Source: a bacterium | Lineage (GTDB): Bacteria; Armatimonadota; Zipacnadia; Zipacnadales; UBA11051 | Direction of reading: 5' to 3' | Assembly: GCA_021372615.1 (NCBI GenBank) | Contig: JAJFUB010000017.1 | Span: forward strand, 117 to 64,116 | DNA length: 64,000 bases | Shown: piece by piece, positions 17,156 to 26,636 of the stretch | Layout: every line of letters begins with the position of its first letter | How positions within the stretch are numbered: the stretch's first letter is position 1 | Program-made: the position numbers and the translations under genes | Notes under the pieces: model-generated | What the model was told of the DNA's origin: nothing | What the model saw: the letters and a program-made list of their open reading frames with translations, nothing else | Databases searched by the model: none

Positions 17156-19012
17156 ATGCGCAGAGGCGGGCGCAAACTCATCGGCCAGATGCTGATCGAG
17201 CGCGGACTGATCACGCAGGACCAGCTCGACCAGGCTCTGGAAGCCCAGAAGCAGAGCACTCAACTCATCGGTGAGATCCTCGTAGACCTTGGCTTCGTGC
17301 AGCGGCAACCGGTATACGAGGCCCTCGCGGAGCAACTGCGAGTCCCGTTCGTCAACCTCGCCACCGATGCCCCCGACCCCAAAGTCGTCGGTCTGCTGGA
17401 CAAGGACACCGCCAAGCGGCTGAAGTCGCTGCCCTTCGCGCGCGGCGACGGCACGATTCGCGTGGCCATGGCCGAGCCGGAGGACGTCATGGCCCATGAC
17501 GACCTCAAGATGCGGCTGCAAGTGAACGTCGAGCCGCTGCTGGCCGACCCGGCCGACCTGGCCAAGGCCATTGACCGCGCCTACAAGGAGGGGGGTGGTG
17601 GTGGCGGAGCGGCGGCGGCAGCCCCCTCAGCCGCCCCGGCGGCCGCCCGGCCGCGCGGCCCGCAGCAGCCCCCCGGCGCCGGCGCGAAGGCCGCAGACCG
17701 CTTCGGCATGGGCGACATGGCGGCCCTGGCCGAGTCCATCAAGGACTCCGGCATTCTCGGCGCCGATACGGCGGACGATGAGGACACCGAGCAGCGGATT
17801 GAGACCGACCGCGTGGCCGACGTTGCCGACGAGGCTCCCATCATTCGTATCGCCAAGGTGGTCATCCAAAAGGCGGTCATGGAGCGCGCCAGCGACATCC
17901 ACATCGAGCCGGCGCGCAACGGGGTCCGCATCCGCTACCGCATTGACGGCGTTCTGCACGAGGTCATGCGGCTCCCCAAGTACGTCCATGCCCCGCTGCT
18001 GTCGCGCTTCAAGATCATGTCGGGGATGAACATCGCTGAGCGCCGCGTGCCCCAGGACGGCCGTATCCACATCCGCCATGCCGGCAAGGACTATGACCTC
18101 CGCAGCTCGGTCATCCCCACGACCAACGGCGAGAAGGCGGTCATGCGCATCCTGGACAAGAGCTCGATCCAGGTGGGTCTGGAGTCCCTGGGCCTCATGC
18201 CCGACATGCAGGCCCGTGTGGAGAAGCTGATCGTGCAGCCCAACGGCATGATCCTGTCCACCGGTCCTACAGGTTCGGGCAAGACGACCACGCAGTACTC
18301 CATCCTCAACCGCATCAACTCCGTCGAGACCAACATCATCACCATCGAGGACCCGGTGGAGTACGAGCTGGAGGGGATCAGCCAGGTTCACGTGAACCGC
18401 AAGGCCGGTCTGACCTTCGCCATTGCGCTGAAGTACTTCCTGCGGCAGGACCCGGACATCATCCTGGTCGGTGAGATCCGCGACCTGGAGACCTCGGAAA
18501 TCGCGGTTCAGGCCGCTCTGACGGGCCACCTTGTGCTCTCGACCCTGCACACCAATGACGCGCCCTCCACGGTTACTCGTATGGTGGACATGGGCGTGGA
18601 ACCCTTCCTGATCGCCTCCTCGATCATCGCCTCGCTGTCGCAGCGTCTGGCGCGCCGCATCTGCCAGGAGTGCAAGGAGGAGTACACGCCGCGGCGCGAC
18701 CTGCTGCTGGGCTTCGGCTACGACCCCGACGCACCCGAGAACCGGGAGCAGAAGTTCTACCGGGGCGTCGGCTGCGAGAACTGCCGCTTCACCGGCTACC
18801 GGGGGCGCGTGGGCATCTACGAGTTGATGGAGATGAACACCGAGATCGCCGAGCTGATCGTCAAGCGCGCTTCGGCCGGTCAGATCAAGGAGGCGGCCCT
18901 GGCCGCCGGGATGGTCACGCTGGCCAAGGACGGCTTTGAGAAGGCGCTGCTGGGCCTGACCAACCCGGACGACCTGGTGCGCGTGGTCTTCACCGCCGGC
19001 GGCATGGGGTAG
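17156..19012 (+). CDS. pilB: Type IV pilus assembly (extension) ATPase PilB, GspE family, with an N-terminal MshEN/GSPII_E_N domain and a Cys4 tetrad.
   Basis: Walker A GPTGSGKTT, Asp box, His box, and CQEC...CENC. Confidence 0.9.
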   Translation: MRRGGRKLIGQMLIERGLITQDQLDQALEAQKQSTQLIGEILVDLGFVQRQPVYEALAEQLRVPFVNLATDAPDPKVVGLLDKDTAKRLKSLPFARGDGTIRVAMAEPEDVMAHDDLKMRLQVNVEPLLADPADLAKAIDRAYKEGGGGGGAAAAAPSAAPAAARPRGPQQPPGAGAKAADRFGMGDMAALAESIKDSGILGADTADDEDTEQRIETDRVADVADEAPIIRIAKVVIQKAVMERASDIHIEPARNGVRIRYRIDGVLHEVMRLPKYVHAPLLSRFKIMSGMNIAERRVPQDGRIHIRHAGKDYDLRSSVIPTTNGEKAVMRILDKSSIQVGLESLGLMPDMQARVEKLIVQPNGMILSTGPTGSGKTTTQYSILNRINSVETNIITIEDPVEYELEGISQVHVNRKAGLTFAIALKYFLRQDPDIILVGEIRDLETSEIAVQAALTGHLVLSTLHTNDAPSTVTRMVDMGVEPFLIASSIIASLSQRLARRICQECKEEYTPRRDLLLGFGYDPDAPENREQKFYRGVGCENCRFTGYRGRVGIYELMEMNTEIAELIVKRASAGQIKEAALAAGMVTLAKDGFEKALLGLTNPDDLVRVVFTAGGMG

Positions 19013-19101
19013 GGCCTACGTAGGAGTGGGGGCGGGAAGGCGCGCTGCATCGCGCCCGGGCGCCCTGGCCGGCGCCCGTACGATACTGAGTGAGGTTACC
19101 G

Positions 19102-20271
19102 ATGGCGCAGACCCCCCAACAACCCGCACCGGCTCCGGCGGCCCCCGCGGCTCCGGGTGCCGTGCCCGCCCGCAAGCCGGCGGCGGTACAGCGCACGCCC
19201 ATTGACGATGTGCACATTGACGAGCTGCTGGAGATCGTGGTCGAGAACAACTCCTCCGACCTCCACATCGCCAGCGGCCTGCCGCCGATCATGCGCGTGG
19301 ACGGCGAACTGAAGGCCATGCGCTACACGCCCATGACGCCGGAAGTGTCGCAGCGCATGATCTACGACGTCCTCACGGATGACCAGATCCAGCGCTTCGA
19401 GACCGACCTGGAGCTGGACTGTTCGTACCAGCTTCGCAAGGTGGCGCGCTTCCGCGTCAACGTGTTCAAGGACCGGGGCACGATCGCCTCGGCCCTGCGG
19501 CTTATCCCCACCAAGATTCCGACGGTGCAGCAGTTGGGGCTGCCGGCGGTGGTCGAGAAGCTGGCGCGGCGGCCGCGCGGCCTGTTGCTGGTCACCGGCC
19601 CGACTGGGAGCGGCAAGTCCACGACCCTGGCCTCGATGATCAACCAGATCAACACCGAGCGCGCCGAGCATATCATCACCATCGAGGACCCCATCGAGTA
19701 CCTGCACACCCACAAGAAGTGCATCATCAACCAGCGCGAGGTGGGGCAGGATACCCACCAGTTCCAGAACGCGCTACGCGCCAGCCTGCGCGAAGACCCC
19801 GATGCGCTGCTGGTCGGTGAGATGCGCGACCTGGAGACGATCAAGCTGGCCATCACCTGCGCCGAGACGGGCCACCTCGTGATGGGGACCCTGCACACCA
19901 ACAGCGCGGCCGAGTCCGTAGACCGCATCATTGACGTGTTCCCCGCTGATGAGCAGGAGCAGATCCGCGTCCAGCTCTCCAACAACCTGATCGCGGTCAT
20001 GTCGCAGCAGCTCCTGCCGCGGGCCGGGCAGCCGGGCCGCGTGGCGGCCATTGAGGTCATGGTGGCCAACTCGGCCATCCGCAACCTGATCCGTGAAAAC
20101 AAGGCGCACCAGATGACCTCCATGATCCAGACGGGCGCCGCCGACGGGATGCAGACAATGGACCAGGCCCTGCGCGACCTCGTGCAGCAGAGCCTCGTGA
20201 CGTATGAGGTCGCGATGCAGCGGGCCCAGAACCCACAGGAGTTGGAGAAGCTCCTGGCGGGAGAAGGCTAG
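19102..20271 (+). CDS. pilT: Twitching-motility retraction ATPase PilT.
   Basis: GPTGSGKSTT, and the AIRNLIRE motif specific to PilT. GAGG RBS before the ATG at 19102; the ORF track starts at the upstream GTG at 19090. Confidence 0.9.
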   Translation: MAQTPQQPAPAPAAPAAPGAVPARKPAAVQRTPIDDVHIDELLEIVVENNSSDLHIASGLPPIMRVDGELKAMRYTPMTPEVSQRMIYDVLTDDQIQRFETDLELDCSYQLRKVARFRVNVFKDRGTIASALRLIPTKIPTVQQLGLPAVVEKLARRPRGLLLVTGPTGSGKSTTLASMINQINTERAEHIITIEDPIEYLHTHKKCIINQREVGQDTHQFQNALRASLREDPDALLVGEMRDLETIKLAITCAETGHLVMGTLHTNSAAESVDRIIDVFPADEQEQIRVQLSNNLIAVMSQQLLPRAGQPGRVAAIEVMVANSAIRNLIRENKAHQMTSMIQTGAADGMQTMDQALRDLVQQSLVTYEVAMQRAQNPQELEKLLAGEG

Positions 20272-20413
20272 CCAGGGGCGGGGTCAGGCCTCAAGAGCAG
20301 GGACCCATCCATGCCGTCCGTGGTTCTGTAAGGATGGCATGGCCTGGGAGCTGGCGGGTGGCTAGCCCGCCGTGGGGGCCGTAGCGGCACCCTCAGTCGT
20401 GAAAGGAGACGGT

Positions 20414-21649
20414 ATGGCAACGTTTGCGTATGTTGCCAAGGACAAGACCGGCAAAGAGGTCAAGGGCCAGCAGGACGCCAGCAACAAGGACGCCCTCATC
20501 AAGAATCTGCGCGCCAAGGGCCTGGTCGTTGGGTCGATCACCGAAGAGAAGGCGGTCGCCAAGGCTAAGCAGAAGTCGGGTGGCTTCAAGCTCTTTGGCG
20601 GCAAGGTCAACCTGAAGGACCTCTCCATCTTCTGCCGGCAGTTCGCCACCATGATCAACGCTGGCGTGTCGCTGGTCCGGTGCCTGGACGTGCTCGAGCA
20701 GCAGACCAACAGCCCGCGCCTCAAGGAGATCATCCGCGACATCGAGGCCGAGGTACAAGGCGGCGCCACACTGTCGCGCTCGATGGCCAAGTTCCCGCGC
20801 GTGTTCTCGAACCTGACGACCGGTCTGGTGCGCGCCGGGGAAGTCGGCGGTGTGCTCGACGAGACCCTTGACCGTCTGGCAGGCTTCCTGGAAAAGGACA
20901 TGGAGCTGCGCCGGAAGGTCAAGTCCTCCATGACCTACCCGGTGCTGGTCATGGTCGTTGCCGTCGGCATCGTGACCTTCCTGGTCACGTTCATCCTCCC
21001 CAAGTTCCTCCAGCTCTTCAAGGAGCTGGGCATGACGGACGACAAGTTCCCCATGCCGACGCTGATCCTCATGAAGGTCAGCAACTTCATGACCAGCAAG
21101 TGGTACATCATGATCGCCCTGATCGTGGCCTCGACGATCGCGCTGAACCGCATCCGGGCCACGAAGACCGGACGGCGGTACTTCGACATAGCCCGGCTCA
21201 AAGCGCCCGTGTTCGGGCCACTCAACCACAAGATCTGCATCGCTCGCTTCGCGCGCACGTTCTCGACCCTGCTGTCCTCGGGCGTACCGATCCTGCAGGC
21301 CATGGAAACCGTGGCCGGCACCGTGGACAACGACATCATCTCCGACGCCATCCTGATGTCCCGCGCGGCCATCCGTGAGGGTGACACCATCGCCGACCCG
21401 CTGGCGGCCAGCAAGATGTTCCCGCCCATGGTCGTACAGATGATCACCATCGGCGAGGAGACCGGGCAGCTCGACTCGATGTTGTCGAAAGTCGCCGACT
21501 TCTACGAGTCCGAGGTGGATGCGGCGCTGGAAAGCCTGACCAGCGCGCTGGAGCCGGTGCTGATCGTGTTCCTGGGTGTCGTGGTCGGCTTCATCGTCGT
21601 GGCGATGTTCCTGCCGCTGGTGGCTATCATCGGCGAGTTGTCGCAGTAG
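20414..21649 (+). CDS. pilC: Type IV pilus inner-membrane platform protein PilC (GspF family).
   Basis: Two GspF repeats and three TM segments. AGGAG RBS at 20404-20408 and ATG at 20414. Confidence 0.9.
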   Translation: MATFAYVAKDKTGKEVKGQQDASNKDALIKNLRAKGLVVGSITEEKAVAKAKQKSGGFKLFGGKVNLKDLSIFCRQFATMINAGVSLVRCLDVLEQQTNSPRLKEIIRDIEAEVQGGATLSRSMAKFPRVFSNLTTGLVRAGEVGGVLDETLDRLAGFLEKDMELRRKVKSSMTYPVLVMVVAVGIVTFLVTFILPKFLQLFKELGMTDDKFPMPTLILMKVSNFMTSKWYIMIALIVASTIALNRIRATKTGRRYFDIARLKAPVFGPLNHKICIARFARTFSTLLSSGVPILQAMETVAGTVDNDIISDAILMSRAAIREGDTIADPLAASKMFPPMVVQMITIGEETGQLDSMLSKVADFYESEVDAALESLTSALEPVLIVFLGVVVGFIVVAMFLPLVAIIGELSQ

Positions 21650-21772
21650 ACTGCCTAGTGGGGGTGCCTGACGCGGCCCGGCCGGCGGATCATGCGCCGA
21701 GCGGGGCTGGGTTTGCGAGAGCTATTAGCGAAGCCGGCTGTCGCAGAGCCGGCTCCTGCACTGGGGCTTTCA

Positions 21773-22632
21773 TGTTTGAGCTGCTGCCGCCCTGGATCCT
21801 GACTGTGTTCCTGTTTGCCTTCGGGGCGGCCCTCGGCAGCTTTCTTAATGTAGTTATATATAGACTTCCCCGCGCCGAGTCCTTCGTACATCCCCCCTCG
21901 CACTGCTTCAGTTGCGGCGCCCGGCTGGGCGTGCTGGACCTCTTCCCGGTGGTCTCCTACGTGCTGCTGCGGGGCCGATGCCGCCACTGCGGGGCGGGGT
22001 TCAGCCCGCGCTACGCCCTCGTCGAGGCGGCCTGCGGCCTGCTGGCGGTGGCCATCGTCAACCTCTGGGGGCTCTCGCTGTTCGCCCTGGCCGTCTTCGT
22101 GGTCTGTCTCTGCCTCATTGCCATCTTCTTCATTGACCTGGACCACATGATCATCCCGGACGAGTTCGTGGCGATCATCGCCGTCCTGGGCTTGGCCGTG
22201 GATGCGTGGCGGCTGGCGACCGGGCGCGGGAACCCGGTGTCCTTTGGCGATCCGCTGACCATCGGGACGCCGGATGTGTTCCGGGCGGTCTACCTGCCGA
22301 GTTCGGTGGTGGGACTGCTCATTGGCGCGGGGCTGCTGCTGTTTGTGGGCTGGGTGTTCGAGAAGCTGATGGGCAAGCCGAGCATGGGCGGCGGGGACAT
22401 TAAGCTGGCGGGGGCGATGGGCACCTGGCTGGGGCCGGGCTACCTGTTCCTGTCGTACTTCCTGCTGGCGGTGGTGGCCGGGGCCGTGGTCGGGGTCATC
22501 GCCATGGCCCTACGGGCGCGCGGCCGTCGCGACTACATCCCCTTCGGGCCCATGCTGGCCGCCTCCGGCATCGCGGTGATGTTGTGGGGCGAGGCCATCG
22601 GCCCGTGGGTCATCGGGCGTTTCTCGGGCTGA
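21773..22632 (+). CDS. pilD: Prepilin peptidase / N-methyltransferase PilD (A24 family).
   Basis: N-terminal CxxC...CxxC zinc motif (CFSCGARL...CRHCGAGF) and catalytic Asp regions (FIDLDHMIIPD, GGGDIKL). Confidence 0.85.
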
Positions 22633-22714
22633 GCACAGCGGAGGCAAACTCTTGCGGGGCTCTTGCCCGAAATGCGGTTAGCAGACCGAGAGAACGGTTA
22701 TACTAACCCAGAAG

Positions 22715-22742
22715 TGACGGCCTAGGAACCGTCACCTTTTTC
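22715..22742 (+). terminator. Intrinsic terminator after pilD: 7-bp stem gtgacgg/ccgtcac, 8-nt loop, then CTTTTT.
   Basis: Read directly. The only clear U-tract terminator in the window. Confidence 0.55.
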
Positions 22743-22948
22743 GGGTTTCTGGGCTGCAATCAGGGCACCAAATGGAGTGGCGAGGCGTGGGCGGCGACAG
22801 GTTTGGGAGGCAGCGGCGACGGGTAAGGTCCTAGTGCCTACCGGAGTGAACTGCTGCAGAAGCTGTCCATCGCGCCAGGACGGTCCAGGGAGAGGTTTCG
22901 CAAGACTGACCGCCGGAGCTGCCTTGGCCGTGCACCGGGAGGAGTAAC

Positions 22949-23740
22949 ATGAAGCAAATTCGCACCGCGCATCCGCGCGCCACACACGGGTTCACACTCG
23001 TCGAGTTGCTGGTTGTCATTGGGATCATCGTGATCCTGGCCGCGATTCTCTACCCCGTGTTCCAGTCGGTCCGCGAGAAGGCTCGTCAGGCTCAGTGCCG
23101 CTCCAACCTCCACCAGATCGCCGTGGCGTTGCGTGAGTACCGCGACAAGTGGGATCGCTATCCCTTCGCGCCGTACTACGACTCCACGGCGGGACGCTGG
23201 CTGGGCGGCATCAGCGCGCTGTACCCGGACTTCGTCAGCGACAAGGGCCTGCTGATCTGCCCGGACGATCACCAGATCAGCACGCGCAAGGGCACCGCCG
23301 CCGATATCTGCTACAGCAGCTACAACGGCATGGTGAGCACCAGCGACTGGACCTTCGAGACCTCGGACCAGACCAACCCCGACGGCCTGGGCGACGTGAC
23401 GGGCGCCGTGGAACGGACGTACAACTACTACGGGTACAGCCAGGAGGGGTACGACTGCTTCGATGACAGCACCCGGCCCTTCAAGAGCACGCTGGCCTCG
23501 TGGCTGCGCAACGACGGTCTGAGCTGGCGGCACTACCCGCGGCTGTACAACCGCAACGCCCCCGACAACACGATCATCACGCACTGCGTGCACCATCGCC
23601 GCTTCTACGGCAAGGAGCTGGCGAAGATGGACGCGGTGGTGACCCTGGGCGGCAAGAGTTCCATGGTGAACGTCAGCCAGATGAGCCGGGCCGGTACGGA
23701 CGCCGCACACCCGTCGAAGTGGGTGTCGCAGAAGAACTAG
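22949..23740 (+). CDS. Prepilin-type N-terminal cleavage/methylation protein (pseudopilin/minor pilin), H-X9-DG/DUF1559-like class, 263 aa.
   Basis: Leader ...THG|FTLVELLVVIGIIVILAAIL (G-1, E+5). GGGAGGAG RBS precedes the ATG. Confidence 0.8.
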   Translation: MKQIRTAHPRATHGFTLVELLVVIGIIVILAAILYPVFQSVREKARQAQCRSNLHQIAVALREYRDKWDRYPFAPYYDSTAGRWLGGISALYPDFVSDKGLLICPDDHQISTRKGTAADICYSSYNGMVSTSDWTFETSDQTNPDGLGDVTGAVERTYNYYGYSQEGYDCFDDSTRPFKSTLASWLRNDGLSWRHYPRLYNRNAPDNTIITHCVHHRRFYGKELAKMDAVVTLGGKSSMVNVSQMSRAGTDAAHPSKWVSQKN

Positions 23741-23791
23741 GAACGGGATTGGGCACTGGGCATTGGGGACGGCTACGGCAGCGGCACGGGA

Positions 23792-25726
23792 ATGCGGGCC
23801 ATGAGGATGCACAAGCGAACGACAATCGGGCTGACACGACGCGGCCTCACGCTCATTGAGCTGCTGGTCGCCATGGTCGTGCTGCTGGTCGGGATCTACA
23901 CGGTGGCCGCCGGCTTCCCGCGGATGCTCTATGCCATCCGCGGCGAGGGCGACCGCACCGCCATGGCGCGGCTGGCCGAGGAAGCCATGGCGCGCATGTC
24001 GGACAACCAGTACGGCTTGCCCGACGCCATCACCGGAGGCGGGAGTGTCGAGCCCCGCAGCTACCCCGAGGACCTGACGGCCCCGCACGAGGCGCGCAAC
24101 GCGCTGGAGGACATGCGCAAGGTACGCGGGGAGACCTTCCGCGTGCCGGCCCCGCCGATGGGTACCAGCGGCGGCTACGGGTACTACGTGCTGCAGCAGG
24201 GGCCGACGGAGTGCGAGGACTTCCGATCCGACGACCCGGATCCGACAGTGGATAGCTCCCCCTATGTCTACATGCTGGTGCCGCTGACCGAGCGCAACGA
24301 CGATCCGCGCGCTACCGGCGCCATCTCGCTGGAGGACAACTGGTTCTACGTGGACCGCGACGACGGGGAGATCGTGGTCCCGACCGTGGTGACGACGACC
24401 GAGGGCAACGAAGCGCGCCGGTGGGGGACAGGCGGCCTGCCGGGGGTCAGCAAGGTCGTGGTGGACTACGCCTGGACGGCGGAGGGCAACGGCGACACGG
24501 AGCCGGTGGTGCACCACGTCCAGAGCGAGGTGCCCAGCGACCGGGACACGACGACCCACGCGGGGCAACTGGTGGCGAAGGTGCACCCGGCGCACCTGGC
24601 GGGCGGGATCAACATCCTCCCTGCTCAGACGCGCGCCTGGGCCTGGGTCAAGTTCCAGCGCGAGGCCTACAACGTCGCTTATCCCAGTGGCCCCGGCCAC
24701 TATGTCCTGAACAATGCTTACGGTCTGACCCTGAGCTTCCATCCAGCCGATGTGGGGCTGACGCTCAAGGTGGACTACGAACTGGCGGCGTACAACACGA
24801 CCGAGGATGTGGACGCCCAGACAAGCGGCTCCACGGTGTACCCGCGACGCTTCCCGCTGATGATCGAGGATCACGTCATCGAGCGGCGCGTGGGTCGGAC
24901 CGACATCAACAGCGTGGACTATGCGGTCATCCGCCTGGCCGTCAAGGGCATCGACAGCGAGCCGCTGTTCGTTGATGACCTCAGCGGCGCGGACATTGAC
25001 GACGTGCACATGGTGGCCGTGGATCTGCAGACGGGCGCGATCCACGACGACAACGCCAGCGCCGACCCCTTCTCACTGGGGGCGCAGGACATCTTCGATC
25101 CGCCCTTCAACGGCTTCACTGACGGTCTGGTGGCCGTGCCGATCTCCGACAGCGGCGGCAGCAAGTCGTATGTCGGTCATACGTGGCGCTTCTTCTACTG
25201 CACGCTGAACCGCAACGCCATCCAGGCGCAGAAGGCGCCGCGGACGTATGTGGACAGCGAGACGGCCCGCACGTACCTGTCGGCCTACCTGCCCTCGGGT
25301 GAGACCGAAGCGACCAGTCTGGCCGAGGTGGACTACCGGACCTATCAGCTCAGCCACGTGGCCGCACCGAACGACAGCAACCGACGCCTGGGTGTGATTG
25401 AGTTCGGCCAGTGGCTGAGCGGCGAGACCTGGTCCACGGCAGAGTCGTCGTCGGGCGAAACCGTGGCGGTCAGCTACGCCTATGTCACCGCACCGCGCAC
25501 GCGGGAGTATGTGTGGGCGGAGCTGCACACGGTGCCGGTAGGCGGACGCAAGGTGACGCTGAACCACGCGACGCTCGCGGGCCATCCGATCGAGATACTG
25601 GCGGTCAACGGTGTGTCGGCCCGGGCCAAGGCCTGGTGGCTGAACCGCACGGGTCGGCAGTTGGAGTTGGATGTGGAGACGGTGTTCCTGGCCAATGCGC
25701 TGGGTTCCGTAGCGCGGGTGCAGTAG
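23792..25726 (+). CDS. Large prepilin-leader protein (644 aa), minor pilin/pseudopilin.
   Basis: Leader RRG|LTLIELLVAMVVLLVGIYTVAAG. Long beta-rich extracellular domain. Confidence 0.7.
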   Translation: MRAMRMHKRTTIGLTRRGLTLIELLVAMVVLLVGIYTVAAGFPRMLYAIRGEGDRTAMARLAEEAMARMSDNQYGLPDAITGGGSVEPRSYPEDLTAPHEARNALEDMRKVRGETFRVPAPPMGTSGGYGYYVLQQGPTECEDFRSDDPDPTVDSSPYVYMLVPLTERNDDPRATGAISLEDNWFYVDRDDGEIVVPTVVTTTEGNEARRWGTGGLPGVSKVVVDYAWTAEGNGDTEPVVHHVQSEVPSDRDTTTHAGQLVAKVHPAHLAGGINILPAQTRAWAWVKFQREAYNVAYPSGPGHYVLNNAYGLTLSFHPADVGLTLKVDYELAAYNTTEDVDAQTSGSTVYPRRFPLMIEDHVIERRVGRTDINSVDYAVIRLAVKGIDSEPLFVDDLSGADIDDVHMVAVDLQTGAIHDDNASADPFSLGAQDIFDPPFNGFTDGLVAVPISDSGGSKSYVGHTWRFFYCTLNRNAIQAQKAPRTYVDSETARTYLSAYLPSGETEATSLAEVDYRTYQLSHVAAPNDSNRRLGVIEFGQWLSGETWSTAESSSGETVAVSYAYVTAPRTREYVWAELHTVPVGGRKVTLNHATLAGHPIEILAVNGVSARAKAWWLNRTGRQLELDVETVFLANALGSVARVQ

Positions 25727-25733
25727 ATGAGTA

Positions 25734-25803
25734 GGGGTCTGTCCCCGTAGGGGGCTGACCCCGGCCCGGAATTCGGGGTCAGCCCCCTACGGGGACAGAC
25801 CCC
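25734..25803 (+). terminator. Perfect 30-bp-stem hairpin with a 10-nt loop, immediately after the 644-aa pilin gene. Very stable RNA stem or REP-like element.
   Basis: Left arm 25734-25763 ggggtctgtccccgtagggggctgaccccg. Right arm 25774-25803 is its exact reverse complement. Confidence 0.55.
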
Positions 25804-25824
25804 TGACACAAGAGGCGGTTCATC

Positions 25825-26631
25825 ATGCCGCGTCGGCATGACACAGGATTTACACTGATCGAGCTGCTCGTGGTCATCGGCATCTTTGTGGTGCTGACGG
25901 CGATCATCGTGCCGATCGGTCAGCGCCTGCGCGAAAGCAACCGCACCAGCACCTGCGAGGCTCACCTGGCGCACATCGGCCAGGCGCTGAAGGTGTACTT
26001 CACGGATGAGGGCGGGGTGCCGCCCGTGGGGGTGGAGGGGACGCTTTCCGGCGGCCCGACGGGCACCAGCGTGGATCTGGTGATGTGGCCGTCGCTGCAG
26101 TCGCTGTTCGTGCTGGGGTACATCAACGACCGGAACACGCTGCACTGCCCGCGGCACACCAAGACGGTCGCGGGGGCCGCGCTGACCGATGAGTCGCCCG
26201 AGTTCTACGCCAGCTACGCCTGCCAGGACCCGCTGGCCAAGCCGACGGGCAGCCCGCTGCGACAGTACAAGTACATGCCGTACCGGTGGGCGCTGCAGGG
26301 CGGTTACCCGGACGATTACCGGCGGCAGTTGGCGCGCGAGGGGTTTGACGACGATGACGGGACGGATGAGCTCGGCGACCACGTGCTGCAGGTGACGATC
26401 GGCTCGGCTAACTACCTGGTGGCCGGCAAGATCGGGTCGCGGCCGCCGGACGACACGATCGTGACGTGGTGCAACTACCACGCCGACACATACAAGCTCA
26501 ACCGCCACGGACAGTACATCGCGCTGTACTGGGATGGTTCAGTCAAGCTGCTAGACCAGGAGTTGTTCCGGGACGACGGGGTTGAGCCGGCCGAAGCCTG
26601 GCAGATCAAGCCTTCGGACATAGCCCACTAA
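25825..26631 (+). CDS. Prepilin-type N-terminal cleavage/methylation protein of the H-X9-DG/DUF1559 class, 268 aa.
   Basis: Leader DTG|FTLIELLVVIGIFVVL. C-terminal NYHADTYKLNRHGQYIALYWDGSVKLL matches the H-X9-DG signature. Confidence 0.8.
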   Translation: MPRRHDTGFTLIELLVVIGIFVVLTAIIVPIGQRLRESNRTSTCEAHLAHIGQALKVYFTDEGGVPPVGVEGTLSGGPTGTSVDLVMWPSLQSLFVLGYINDRNTLHCPRHTKTVAGAALTDESPEFYASYACQDPLAKPTGSPLRQYKYMPYRWALQGGYPDDYRRQLAREGFDDDDGTDELGDHVLQVTIGSANYLVAGKIGSRPPDDTIVTWCNYHADTYKLNRHGQYIALYWDGSVKLLDQELFRDDGVEPAEAWQIKPSDIAH

Positions 26632-26636
26632 GTAGA

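Noticed and set aside
22633-22948. tRNA or small RNA gene in the 315-bp pilD-pilin gap
   Set aside because: No T-loop (GGTTCGAATCC-like) or cloverleaf-compatible segments found. The region contains only the pilD terminator and short stems.
22838-25045. 735-aa minus-strand ORF antisense to the pilin genes
   Set aside because: Same reasoning: overlaps well-supported + strand CDSs, no domain signals, GC artefact.
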